DNA of 64,000 bases from Octopus sinensis (GCF_006345805.1 NC_043013.1:49104001-49168000), one strand, 5' to 3'. Positions 12,430 through 25,088 are shown, numbered from the stretch's first letter. Translations and numbers: made by a program. Notes: generated by a model not told the origin, from the letters alone.

Positions 12430-13070
12430 AGAAATTTACGTTACTAAAGTTTGATTTAATAATGCATCGAATAGATTTGATAAAATTAGGCTTTAAATGT
12501 TTAGCAAAAGGAAAGATAATCCAAGAGATGTTATTGTTGTTTTTCTTATTGGTGTGGTGGCTTGTATTAGGAGGGTCACCCATTCGAATATATGGTATAG
12601 GTTTCTTTTTACTTCTAATATTATTATTATTTCTAACATTATTAAAATTGGTTATGGTAGTTATATGAGTTATTAAGAGGATGTGACGAAATAGAAGACT
12701 TGTTTGTAAAGTGGTTTTGTTTCATGTTATTTATGTTAATTTTTTCTCGTAATTATTGTCCGTACGATTAGGTGTATTATTAATAATATTATTGAGAGAA
12801 GTAAGTTGCATGCATGGGTGTTTTAATTTGTTATGTGGTGTGGATTTGGTAGTGTCCTTATTGTAATTCTTATCCACATCACTCTTGGCATGAGTAGAAA
12901 GATCATTGTTAATTTTGTTGTATTTAATTTGATATTTATATCCAGCTTTCCAAAGAGGATAAGTTAATTCTATTTTCAATGTTATAATGTATGTTATTAA
13001 TAATATTACGAGGATGATTACTCTGTGCATGTAAAGCAGTCGATATTGGGTTTATGGTATGGTTGGTAAA
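12430..13070 (-). mobile_element. Degraded Penelope-like (lineage 2) thumb/linker fragment
   Basis: NISWIIFPFAKHLKPNFIKSIRCIIKSNF resembles the NIIWFNPPFSK.VKTN linker. Confidence 0.35.
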
Positions 13071-13094
13071 ATGATGTAGTAAGGTTTACGTCCA

Positions 13095-13250
13095 TATAAC
13101 TTAGCGGTTCGACAAAAGAGCCCGATAGAACAAGTGCCACGCTTTGAAAAAATAAATCCTGGAATCGATTTGTTCAACTAAAACCCTTCAAGGCGGTGCC
13201 TCATCATTATTGCAGTCAAATGACTGAAACAAGTAGAAGATAAAAGATAA
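13095..13250 (+). mobile_element. SINE family A 3' fragment
   Basis: ttagcggttcg..aaaagag.ccgatagaa ... aaggcggtgc..cagtcaaatgactgaaacaagta, shared with 51696-52103. Confidence 0.7.
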
Positions 13251-13664
13251 TGTGAAATAATTTATTTCTTTTACAAAAAGTTACATAGTCCAGAGTATAT
13301 TAATAAGTAATTGTTTTTGTCATAGTTTAGGGGGCAGACCAATCCTTCGACAAAATACATAAATTGAAACGAAGATATCAAATTCTCGTACCACTTCAAT
13401 ATATAAAACTTACACAAACCGAACATCAAATCTTCAGAATTTTATGACCGACATTTTCATATAGGATACGAGAGCTTGCTATTGATTCCATAAATCTGTC
13501 TCAATAAGTTATACTTTTTCAAATGGAAATTAGTCTGGATTCAAATGGAAATTAACCTGAATATGCACTTTTGAATTCTTATTTGAAAGACTAAGATTTA
13601 TAAAATTTATACAAATTAAGTTACCCAGATTCAATACGCACAAAGATACACGCATACAAAATAT

Positions 13665-13708
<44 letters not shown>

Positions 13709-13869
13709 ACATTCACTCACACATGCATATACCACGCTCATACATATACGCACGCGTACATATTCAATTTCTTATCGTGGAATATTTCCGATAACATTTT
13801 TATACATTTTTACACTGCATGTTAAAACTCTTTAACCAGAATTTTTTTCTTTCTTTCTGTGATGATATA

Positions 13870-14520
13870 CTTAAGCATGATTCATACCTGTATGGGCTTG
13901 CTTCCTCCTAATATAGGCTCTTGTATCTTAAAGGGGGCAGAAACAACCTCTTTTCATTACCATACTTGTTTAACTAAATTCGCTGACGACGTGTTCTCCT
14001 GATATTTGAATAAATTCTTTTGTAAATAATGTCTCGATCTGAAACAGCTTTCTGTAGCTCCGGTATAAGTTTTGTACATAATATTATTATTAATGTGTAC
14101 CTATCCCTATAAAAAAAACCTCCTTTAATCAGGCAATTACTATTTAAAAAGCAACATCAGGCAATTATCATTTAAAAAGCATTTGTTATCATCTACGTTA
14201 GTATTGTTGAGCATACTAACATTTATCTTTGCACAATTTTCTAGTTACAAGCATTTCTGTACATACTCTTTCCCCCTATTAATATTTTCCCCCTTGTTTT
14301 TTCTCATTGAACAACCTTCGATATATACTTTATCTACCCGAGTCATTTATTTATGTACCCTATATTTCTACCTACCTGTGTCTGTGTATTTGAACCTTGT
14401 TCTTTCTATCAATCTAATTTCCCTTGTTTTACACTTCTTTTCTAATTTACCTTGCGTTCGGCCTTGTCCTTTCTATCTTATTTACCACACTTTTGTTCTA
14501 TTTGCTACAATTCCTCCCCT
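13870..14520 (-). mobile_element. Degraded Penelope-like GIY-YIG endonuclease fragment (lineage 2)
   Basis: KTYTGATESCFRSRHYLQKNLFKYQENTSSANLVKQVW resembles YIG.TE..FK.RY..H..SF...Y...T.LSK.VW. Confidence 0.45.
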
Positions 14521-14649
14521 TAAGTTCGAGTTATAAAACGTTACATGACAATTATACAGACATTTATAAGCAAATGCATATCAGCCTCAACCCTTTGTGA
14601 TGCCTCTTCTTTCCATCTCTCCTTTTTCTTTCTCCTCTCCTTTTCTCAA

Positions 14650-15065
14650 GCAGAATTATCAGGCGGTGACTGCCACAGCTTCTGATCTTAGTCAATTGGA
14701 AATGTTATCATGTATGTTTTGTCTTGGTGTTAAAGATGGGCTGTAGCAAATACTCTGCTTTGTACTACTTATTTACTTGTCAGCTGATTGGCCTTGACCA
14801 GTCTGTCCCTTAGTGGCTGACGATATACGTATATCTGATCGCTAGGCGTAGTGAGGGAGGATCATAGTCATTGTGTTGAGAGGGATTTGTGCAATTCACC
14901 CTTGAAAACATGGACGTTTCCTTCATAATTAAACAACCCTTATTCATGTATCTTTTGAACGGAATGGGCCATTCGACCTGAAAAAAGTTCTAACTGGGTC
15001 CCACCTGCAAGTTATTGTGCTATTTATCTTGGTTATGATGCATGTCTGATGTACCTTTATCGATC
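14650..15065 (+). mobile_element. Interspersed repeat family E (probable LINE 3' region); related copy on the minus strand at about 47790-48045
   Basis: Shared ttctaactgg..cccacct.caag.t.atg.gct.tttatcttg and gatgcatgt..ctg.tgtacc.ttatc blocks in opposite orientation. Confidence 0.5.
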
Positions 15066-15146
15066 ATGTTGGATATATTGGGCTTCCTATACTATTATTA
15101 TTATTATTATTATTATTAGTAGTAGTAGTAGTAGTAGTATTAGTAT

Positions 15147-15205
<59 letters not shown>

Positions 15206-15320
15206 ATGCAAGCCAACTAAGTAAAAATATTTGTAGACATTCGTAGATATATGCAATCATTTAAATACAACCATACAGAAATACAGATATTATATTTATA
15301 ATATATATATATATATATAT

Positions 15321-15563
15321 ACTAAGCAATAAGGGTTTAGCAAGAGTTGCCTTACCACATACGAATTTAAATAGCAGTCAAAGGGTTATAGCTATTCTTC
15401 TACTAAAAAGGGAGATCTCAGTAAAAAACAGCATTTGGAAGGCAGACAAATGCTGTTTTTACTGAGATCTCCCTTTTTAGTAGAAGAAATAGCTATAACC
15501 CTTGACTGCTATTTTAAATTCGGTATGTGGTAAGGCACTCGTTGCTAAACCTTATTGCTTAGT
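15321..15563. repeat. Long fold-back hairpin, about 117-bp arms, 9-nt loop
   Basis: 15321-15437 vs 15447-15563; differences are almost all single-base indels. Confidence 0.95.
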
Positions 15564-15691
15564 ATTACTTAAATTTTCCTCGAATGAGGCTTTTACATGC
15601 CGAAGACTATGGTGTAATTGATAATTTTTCCAAATTAATTAATTTCACCCTTCATTATTACGGATATAATTATATATATATATATATATAT

Positions 15692-15800
<109 letters not shown>

Positions 15801-17720
15801 ATGGGCCCCAACTATGCGAACTGTTCGTTGGCTATGTTGAGGCCAAATATTCTCTAATTTCACTGGTCCCACTCCTGAACTATATATGGTCATTACATTG
15901 ACGACATTATCGGTGCCACCTCACTCTCCCGTGAACATCTAGATTCCTTCCTCTCTTTCGTTCAATCTTTCCATCCAGCCCTCCACTTCACTTCCACTAT
16001 CTCCAACACCTCTGTCTCCTTCCTCGACATTTCGGTTAGCATTCTTCACTCCACTCTTACCACTTACCACCTCCATTCACTACAAACACACAGACTCACA
16101 CTCATACCTCAACTTCTCTTCCTCCCACCCAGAACACACCAAGCTTTCCATCCCCTATTCCCAATTCCTCCGTCTACGTAGGCTCTGTAGTGACGACCAT
16201 GACTTTGAGACTCAGTCTCAACGTATGGCTCACCACTTCACCCTACGTGGATACCCCCTCACCACTATCCACACCGCCCTTGCCAGAGCACGGTCCGTGG
16301 ACCGTGTATCTGCTCTCTCTCCCCGAACCCGCCCTGTAGTCTCCCGCCTCCCTTTTCTCCTCACTTACCACCCCACGACCCTACCTCTCCAACGCACCAT
16401 TCTTCGAGCTTTCCGTCATCTCCAGTCCGACCCGTCCACTTCACACCTCTTCCCTAACCGACCCCTCCCCTCTTTCAAACGAGCCCACAACCTTCGAGAC
16501 CTTTTGGTCCATAGCTCCTTCCCTGACCCTACCTCCCAACCCGGCTCGTTCCCCTGCTCCCGCCCACGTTGCCGCACTTGCCCTTACCTCTCCAACACCA
16601 CCGCCTCACTAGCACCCATCATCGACCCTATCCCATCATCCACTCCTTCACCTGCACCTCCAGCAATATTATCTATTGCGTCTCTTGCTCTCTCTGCCAT
16701 TCCTTGTACATCGGACAAACGGGACGCCGCTTGGCTGACCGGTTCGCGGAACACCTTCGTGACATCCACCTTGCGAACGACACACCGGTCTCTCGCCATT
16801 TCCGCTCCACCGGTCACTCCTTGCAACACCTATCTGTGTTCGGTTTGTCCTTACACAGAGGCCATCCGGATTCCCGTTTGCGCCGTGAACAGGAATTAAT
16901 CTTCTCTCTTCGCTCTTATACGCCATTTGGTCTCAACTCTCCCCCCCCCCTCCCCCCTCCCCTCTCCCCCTCTCCCTCTTTCCGCCTTCCTCCTCCCCTC
17001 CTCCTCCCCTTCCTTCTCCCCCTCCCCTCTCCCCCCTCCTCACCTACCTTCTCCCCCGACCCCTACTTCTTCAGTCCTTCATCCTTTCACCCCTACTCCC
17101 CTTCCCTTCTTCCCTCTTCCCCTTCCCTCTGCTCCTCACTCCCCTTCTCTCTCCCCCTCTCCCCTCCCCCCTCATCTCCCTCTCCCCCTCTCCCCCTCTC
17201 CCCTCCCCCTCATATCCCCTCCCCCCTCATCTCCCTCTCCCCCTCTTCTCCTCTCTCCACACTACACCACACGACTTTACACATCACATCATATATGATG
17301 TGCCATACTAATACATACACCAACTAATACATACTAATACATACTAATACATACACCAACCCTATACATACACACGTCCAGACCTCTCATACGCACTAAT
17401 ACTCTCTCATACACACACACACACCCTTATGTTGGAGCTGGTCACTCAACCTATTATCTCCCCTAATTTCGCTCTCGCGTCTCATGTTGATCTTTGACTT
17501 CTGGCCGAAATCAGATCGCCATGTTGGTTCGTTAGTTACTGCACGCATTTTTTTTCTCTCCTTCTTTCTGTGTTTTTTTCTCTCTGTGTATCTTTCTGTT
17601 GAAGAGCGTAGGCTCGAAACGTTAAAGACTTGTTTTATTTATATTTCCTGAGCGCCATACTAATACAATTGTTTGTTTGTTTTCCCCTGCCTTCGTCTTT
17701 TGTCTATTTTCATAAAGCTT
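15801..17720 (+). mobile_element. Penelope-like element (lineage 1): 5'-truncated RT, Cys-rich linker, GIY-YIG endonuclease, C-rich tract and pseudo-LTR
   Basis: MGPNYAN.FVG, YIDDI, SFLDI, PYSQFLRLRRLCS, PCSRPRCRTC, FTCTSSNIIYCVSC, LYIGQTGRRLADRFAEH, REQELIFSL. Bounded by (TA)n on both sides. Confidence 0.93.
17591..17628 (+). ncRNA. PLE hammerhead motif with variant core CUGUUGA
   Basis: tcttt CTGTTGA a gagc-gtag-gctc GAAA cg TT^ aaaga. Stems I and II pair; helix III is ACGT. Confidence 0.6.
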
Positions 17721-17724
17721 CCCG

Positions 17725-17782
<58 letters not shown>

Positions 17783-17850
17783 GGTCCCGGGTTGAGTTGG
17801 GGTAAACCACAATAAATAAGGTACTCGATACATAGCAGAGTAAAGTAATT

Positions 17851-18400
17851 TATTTTATAGAAGGGGCTTCTACAGGACTAGAACTGTTTCATTCAGATGA
17901 AATCTTCAGGAAGCTGGCTGTCAAAATAATTTCTGGTATTTATGCATTTAGGCAGGTTTAATGGAGTGGTGGTAGGGGACTTTTTTTGGGGTAGGTTGGT
18001 ATTTAGGAGATAAACAGGGCACAAGCTATTGTTCTTAGGGGAACAAACTGCCTACCTCTTCTTGACCACCAAAAAGCAATTGTCTTCTAATTTACCTAAA
18101 ATCCCATCCCATATATCTGTTTCTATTCATTTATTCTATTTATTCATTCATTTATTTATTTTCTCACTGATTCTTCTCATTTCAAAAACACACTGGCCTT
18201 TTGACCACTCCCCTAAGAACAATAGCTTGTGCCCTGTTTATCTCCTAAATACCAACCTACCCCAAAAAACGTCCCCCACCCTTACTCCATTAAATCTGCT
18301 TAAATGCATAAATACCAGAAATTATTTTGACAGCCAGCTTCCTGAAGATTTCATCTGAATGAAACAGTTCTAGTCCTGTAGAAGCTCCTTCTATAAAATA
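17851..18400. repeat. Inverted repeat, about 190-bp arms, about 165-nt spacer
   Basis: 17851-18042 is near-identical to the reverse complement of 18209-18400. Confidence 0.92.
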
Positions 18401-18407
18401 AAAAAAA

Positions 18408-18443
<36 letters not shown>

Positions 18444-18507
18444 TGTATGTATGTATGTATGTATGTATGTATGTATGTATGTATGTATGTATGCGTGTGT
18501 GTGTGTA

Positions 18508-19500
18508 TTGAATTAAAGAATAATTCATGACCGTTTTTTTTTTTCAAAATTATTTTAAGCGAAAAAACTACAACAAATAAACAGAAAATATATTTTTCCG
18601 TTCTTGTTTACGACTTCCTCCCATCGTTCAGTAATTTTTTCGTTGCCTCGGTGATAGAAATATTCCGGTCTTGACTCAAAGAATTCGACCAACCAAGCCC
18701 TCAATTCTACATCATTATTGAACGATACACCGCACGAAACGGTCGAAAGTAATGAAAATCTGACGGCGCCTAGCCTGGAAAGTATGGAGCATAGAGGCAG
18801 AACTTCACATTCGAGTTCTTGAGTCGCAGCTTTGTTCATATTGGTGATGTGAACCTTAGCCATTGAGAGAAGGTGGTTTGCCAAAGTTTTTTTTTTAACC
18901 CAATCCATCTGCTCTGACAGTTCTCTGGTCCTTTGAATTCGATTTTCGTGAAAAAAGGTGATTCAATCGCTCCTCATCGAACCCAATTGGTTGATTGGTG
19001 TGTAATCTGTCTTCAAGATTAAAATTCCCTTCTTAGAGCACGAAAACCAACGGTGGGTGGTACGCTGAGGTATTGCTCTTTCGTTAGCCCACCGGGCAAA
19101 ATATCTGGCGACATTCCGTTCGTCTTTAGGTTCAAATTCTGCCGACGTCGATTTTTGCCTTCTACTCTTTCGGTGTCGATAAAATGAGTAACTGCTGAAC
19201 ACTGGGATCGATATAATCAACTAGAACCCTCCCTCCCGCAAAAAATCTCTGGCCTTGTGCCAAAGTTTGAAATCAATCATTTGTTCGCCCATTTTAATCA
19301 TCACACGATTTATCGTTATTACGATAACCTTTACTTTATTAGTTCATTTTTGACAAACAAACCGGTGTGTACTAAATACTTTCCGTAGGACTAAATGTAT
19401 ATCGACTTTTCATAATGATGTCATAAAAATTGTATGGCATAAAAAAAGAATTAAGTGAAATTTCTTTGATTTCTACATTATTTCTTTGACATCCATATTA
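18508..19500 (-). mobile_element. Internally deleted mariner, interrupted by a degraded SINE B (about 19083-19275, +)
   Basis: TTHRWFS...FDEERL...RELSEQMD...NHLLSMAKV joined directly to HITNMNKAATQELE...VSFNNDVELRAWLVEFFESRP...ERWEEVVN; the DDD core is missing. Confidence 0.82.
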
Positions 19501-19725
19501 CATGATATTATTTTCATTTCCAGCCGTAATATTCATTCATGCCTTCTCCTCCCTTTTTATGCGACTTTGTCAGCGAAGGAAAGGTAACGCCGATTTGTTT
19601 CTTGTCGGCCTCTGTAAAGGAGAAAGTTCTGGCCCAGATGACCACGTTAGAATCAGCCAAGAACCAGATAATGCTCTAATTATTTAAAATCATAACGCGC
19701 AATGTTTTCTTTTCATTCTTCTTAG

Positions 19726-19800
19726 GTTGCAGATTTAGTGATGTCGGAATTTTTTGATCAAGGTGACAAAGAACGAAAAGAACTGAAGATTGAACCCATG
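19726..19800 (+). CDS. PDE11A: PDE11-like exon 3 in window (75 nt, phase 0-0)
   Basis: cttag|GTT ... ATG|gtaagt. VADLVMSEFFDQGDKERKELKIEPM contains the conserved EFFxQGDxER motif. Confidence 0.93.
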
Positions 19801-20967
19801 GTAAGTAGCTTTCATATCTTAAACAAGTACAACAATCACATTTACATTTATATACATATAAATCAGTGATATCAGTGGTCTATTGATATCTTTGATTTAA
19901 ACTGGTTATGATTCTTTGTACATTGATATTGAACTATTGAATAATATGTAGACTCAGTGAATAATGTATAAGATCTGTCTAATGTTCTTTTCAGTAAACT
20001 GACGCTTTTATCTTGCATCGAGAATGTTTGGCTCTTTGTTTCTCAAACTAGAGGTGGAAGATAAGTTTTTCTGACCGAATTTCAAGAAATTTACCTTTCG
20101 AAGATGAAGTATATAAATTATTTTCTCATATTGCTAAGTGTAAACATCGACCAAATTTTTGCTTTACGCAAGTCATTGACGTTGCTATATTTACGTATTC
20201 AGTTCATTATCTACACTCCATAACTTGCGTCAGATTGAGATTAAATACATTTTTCATACCTCAATAGCATCACCAACAATATATTTGAGTAAATTAATGA
20301 AATATAACGTTAGAGAACGTGAACTGCCTTCCTTCTAAATAGATATTCTATCATAGATATAATAATCAATCTGTGGCAACAAAATTTATTAGATCATAAC
20401 GAATGAAATCAATAAAATATTTATGAAAGTTTAGAAAAATCAGAATATACGTAACTGAAACAATGTCATTGATTTTCTCAGTTGTCGCATCTCGCCGAAC
20501 AATACAATTTTCAAAGGTTTTCAAGGTGTAATTACCCTCCTTTTATATTCAGACAGTGTATTTAGGACTTTATTATACCCTTTTAGTAAGAAATGATTTA
20601 ATGGAAATCTATTTCTAAAAGGTCACAAACCGATACATTTGTTGCTTCGACTGAACAAATATTTTGGACTGCGATGACATTATTTTATCATCACGTATTT
20701 ATGTGAGCTCTTCATATCTGCATTCTACAAAATCACCGAACTAGAAAAAAATGCAATACTTTCATTGTTTCAGTCTCATCTGTCACCAATTTAAGACGTT
20801 CGATCGTTTCTTGAAACACTATGATTTACAGTGTGAACTCTTAAACATTATTCATGCCTTTTCGATATCGTACGATCCATACTATTATTGAAAAGTGTAT
20901 GCTTCTTATATATTCACGTGAGTGATATAATTTTCAAAAGAGACATTACCGTGTCTGATATAAAATA

Positions 20968-21009
<42 letters not shown>

Positions 21010-21578
21010 GGAGAGGGAGAGAGAGAGAAGAATACAAAAAATGGGACACGAACGCAAAACATCCAGACAGTTAGATGATACAAAAAAGGGACAAAAATAA
21101 ACAAGGACGGGTCATTCGGAGTTTTCTTTCCTCAGTTGCGTTCCAGATTATCTTTCCAATTTCGGCTGGTTATACTCGAAATTGCTCCAATCTGGCCAGG
21201 AAAAACGAAGCTAAGAGCATTAGATTCCCTGGAAGAAAGCAGCGAATGTGTACAAAAACAAGGGCGAAAAAAAGGAGAAATGATAAACAAATACAGATGC
21301 AAAATCACCTCTCCACGTGCTGAAAATAGATGCCACATGGCGTTTAATTTAATATCTTTCTTTTATTCGGCGACTACCTGTTTTTTAGGGGTTTTAAGGT
21401 TGTTTAGAGCCATTCAGCGTCTATTTTCAACGCGTGGAGAGGCGTTTTTGCTAATCCCTTGTTATAATTATGTATACAATTATTAAAAGAATATTTAGAA
21501 AATTTACCTATAAGGTTTTTATTTTCGTGCTCACCTACTGATAAAATCAAGAATGATTTTATCCCTTATTATATAATT

Positions 21579-21636
<58 letters not shown>

Positions 21637-21719
21637 TGTATATATACGTATATATATGTATATATATGTATATATATATATATATAGTTAAATTTACAGA
21701 AAACAAAAACCAAGACAAG

Positions 21720-22690
21720 TGCAGTATGAGAACAGGTGTATTAGTCTGACGTTCGGGAAAGTGACAAAGTCTTTTACGTTTCGAGCCTACGCTCTTCAAC
21801 AAAGGAATATGAGGAAATAAACAGAGAGAGAATAAAACAAATTTGTAGATTTAGCGACTCATGACGACTGGTTGGTAAAAACAGTTTAACAGGAGAGCTA
21901 GGAAAAAGGAGGGATAATAAACTACTGGTGATCCCCAAACGAAGGTGTGTATGCGTGTGTGTATGTGGAAGTGTGTGTGTGTGGATAGGAGCTACTGACT
22001 TTGACGTGTAGATGTGTTGTGTGTGTGTGTGTGTGTGTGTGTGTGGAGAAGGTGGTGTGTGTGATGTGGGTGTTGGGAAGTGGTGAGTGCTGGTGAGTGT
22101 GGAGTGGTGTGGAGACGTGAGGATGAGGTGCAGGGTGCGGATGTGGGTGAGGTGAAGATGTGGAGATGTAGGGGTGGAAGTGCGGGGTGGAGGTCGGGAT
22201 AGGGGTGGGTTAGGGTTAGGTAGTGAGTGGGATGTGGAGCGTGGGGGTGCATGTAGGGGTATCAATGAAGAGAGAAGGTTGGTAGGAGTGAAGAGAGTAA
22301 GTAGGTTTCAGAGCAAGAGAGGAGTGGTGGGTAGGAGTGAAGAGAGGAAGTAGGAGTCAGAGCAAGAGAGGAGAGGAGTGGTGGGTAGGAAGGAAGAGAG
22401 TAAGTAGGTGTCAGAGCAAGAAGAGAGAGGAGTGGCGAGTAGGAGTACAGAGAGGAAGTTGGTGTCAGATGAAGAGAGAAGAGGAGGGGAAATATATGAA
22501 GAGGGAGATTTGTGCCCAATGTGGAGCAAAGGAGCGAAGAGAGAAGATTTATTCCTGTTCACGGCAAAGGCGGGAGTCTGGATGTCCTTGTGCAAAGACA
22601 ATCCGAACACAGACAGGCGTTGTAATGAATGACCGGTATAGCGGAAACGGCGCGAGACCGGGGTGTCATTGTCATAGCTGAAAGACCCGC
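21720..22690 (-). mobile_element. Second lineage-1 PLE, 3' fragment (GIY-YIG end, purine minisatellite, pseudo-LTR with degenerate hammerhead at 21770-21805)
   Basis: NDTPVSRRFRYTGHSLQRLSVFGLSLH matches the 15801 element; shared gttgaagagcgtaggctcgaaacgt.aaagac. Confidence 0.85.
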
Positions 22691-22694
22691 TCCT

Positions 22695-23574
22695 GATTGG
22701 TATACCAAGTTAAAAAATAGAAATTTTGACTTCAAAGACGCACCTCGTTCTGGCCGTCCAATTGAGTTCGATGAAGAGCGATGAAAACCACTTTTGCACG
22801 AAAATTCTCGTCAAACGAAAAGGGAACTGGCCGAGAAAATGGAAAGCTCCCAACAACAAAAATCAACGATCCACAATCTCCGCTGGTTTGCCTCCTCGTC
22901 ACCGCTCAACTCATGGACACAAGCAACGATTTCTTTACCGAATCGTTACTGGCGACGAAAAATGGTACCTATACATCAATATGAAGGAATGGCTTAGCCC
23001 TGGTAAACAAGTGACACCGCTCGTGAAAGAAGATCTTCATCCGCGTAAAACGATGTTGTATGTATGGTGGGACTGGGAAGGGATTATCTATTACGAATTG
23101 CTTGAATGGAACCAAACGGTCAACGCGGAACTCTATGTTCAACAGATGAACGACTCAACACGGCTATTCAAGAGAAAAGACCTAATTGGCAGCATGGAGT
23201 TCTTCTGCTGCACGACAACGCCCGCCATCATATCGCCAATATGACCAAGGAAGCCATTCAAACGCATGGCTGCCACACCCGTCGTACTCTCCTGATTTGG
23301 CACCAACAAATTTCCACCTCCTTCGACTTCTTTCAAATGCTATGCGCGGAGTTTCGTTCAATTCTGGTGCAGAATTGAGAGCTTGGTTGGATCAATTTTT
23401 CGAGTCAAAATAGGGTGATTTCTACCAATGAGGTATTGAAAATCTTGTTGAACGTTGGGAAGATGTAAACAGCAAGGGTGAATATATTATTGATTAATTA
23501 GTTGTTATTTTTAATTAAATCTTTTTAAAAAATTTAAATTTCAGAAAACGGCGGGCACTTAGTTGCCAACCTAA
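22695..23574 (+). mobile_element. Mariner (DD34D) transposase pseudogene, 5'-truncated, right TIR intact
   Basis: DAPRSGRP, FLYRIVTGDEKW, VWWDWEG, LLLHDNARHH, HPSYSPDLAPTNFHL; ends gcacttagttgccaacctaa+TA. Confidence 0.93.
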
Positions 23575-23838
23575 TAGATTGTAATAACTTCTAATAAAAT
23601 TTTTATTTTTACTAAAAGCTAATATTTTCTAAATCTAAATATTCTATTTGAAATTTTATCCTTAGCTGCAATATTTCAATTAAAAATGTTCTTGTTCTGT
23701 GGCTGTGATAAGCTGTCCTGAACTTTTCCAAGTGTAATAACTTGTCTTGTAATTTCCCAGGTTTATAATCTTAAAAATATTATTTCTCTTTTACATTATT
23801 TACATTTGACAGATATTTGTCCTCATCTTTTTGTTGTT

Positions 23839-23884
23839 AACACAACGTTTCATCTGATATACCCTCCAGCCTTCATCAGGTGTC
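23839..23884 (-). ncRNA. Minimal type I hammerhead candidate in a solo pseudo-LTR-like fragment (about 23790-23897)
   Basis: gacac CTGATGA a ggctg-gagggtatat-cagat GAAA cg TT^ gtgtt. Core intact, 5-bp stem I, base of stem II mismatched. Confidence 0.65.
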
Positions 23885-24005
23885 TTGGCGAAATTTCGAG
23901 AGAGACAAAGGAGGATTAGCTAGGATAAATTCAACACTATTACCTCATATCCACTCTTCAATACATCATTTTAAATTATAAAATGTGTCTTTTATTTTAT
24001 TCCAG

Positions 24006-24089
24006 GCACACATGGACCGCGGGAATGAGGAAGAACTTCCTAAATTACAATTAGGTTGGATTGATTCAATATGCCTACCTCTTTATCAG
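24006..24089 (+). CDS. PDE11A: PDE11-like exon 4 in window (84 nt, phase 0-0)
   Basis: tccag|GCA ... CAG|gttata. [28 protein letters not shown] has the invariant Gln. WIDSIC is the PDE11 signature, where PDE5/6 have FID. Confidence 0.92.
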
Positions 24090-24701
24090 GTTATAATTTT
24101 ATAATTATTACCATTCATTGTTGTATTCTATTTATTTTATCCCATGTATAAAGATGAAATATTTTCATTGAAGTGAATGCGTGACATTTCTTATTGAGAT
24201 GAACCTATAAATTTCGAACTTGCTTAATTCTCAGAAATTCTGAAAAGTTTCCTACTTTCATTTTCTTTGACTTGATAAAGTTCGTAGAATGTCACAGATA
24301 CGAAAAGTCGTTTAGTTTGATTCGGTATGATTTCGTTTTATACAAGGACAATTTGTTGGATATATTCGTGTATTCTCTTTTTTCTTTTTCACACCAAAGG
24401 CGTGAAATGTGGATATCAAAAACACTCCTCACGTTACGAAAGCCGCCATTCCTTACAATTTTTTCGTAACGCAAAATTCCATAACGTGACATTAATATTC
24501 CCATTTCCTCACTGATGTCCCATGTTATAAAGCGAGATGCGTTCCAAAGAATATTTTCGTAAACAATAGCCACAAAGCAACATGACCACTTTTATGCAAG
24601 AAAATAAATTTCTAAACACACACACAGCTACGTGTACATAAAAACATTTGAAGTGAAATATTTCAGGAAGTAAATAAAGCTAGCAATATCATAATGGGCA
24701 T

Positions 24702-25088
24702 GGAAGCACTCCGTCGGTTACGACGATGAGGGTTCCGGTTGATCCGAATCAACGGAACAGCCTGCTCGTGAAATTAACGTGTAAGTGGCTGAGCACTCCA
24801 CAGACACGTGCACCCTTAACGTAGTTCTCGGGGATATTCAGCGTAACACAGAGAGTGACAAGGCCGGCCCTTTGAAATACAGGTACAACAGAAACAGGAA
24901 GTAAGAGTGAGATAAAGTTGTGGTGAAAGAGTACAGCAGGGATCACCACCATCCCCTGCTGGAGCCTCGTGGAGGTTTTTTAGGTGTTTTCGCTCAATAA
25001 ACACTCACAACGCCCGGTCTGGGAATCGAAACCGCGATCCTATGACCACGAGTCCGCTGCCATAACCACTGGGCCATTGCGTCTCCAC
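24702..25088 (-). mobile_element. tRNA-derived SINE family D, full length, about 11-12-bp TSD
   Basis: Head gtggagacgcaatggcccagtggtta...ggtttcgattccc; aatatcataat on both flanks; near-identical to 56898-57274. Confidence 0.92.

Noticed and set aside
21095-21140. Minus-strand CTGAGGA..GAAT hammerhead-like string
   Set aside because: No GAAA, and stem II only forms by consuming core bases; not a credible ribozyme.
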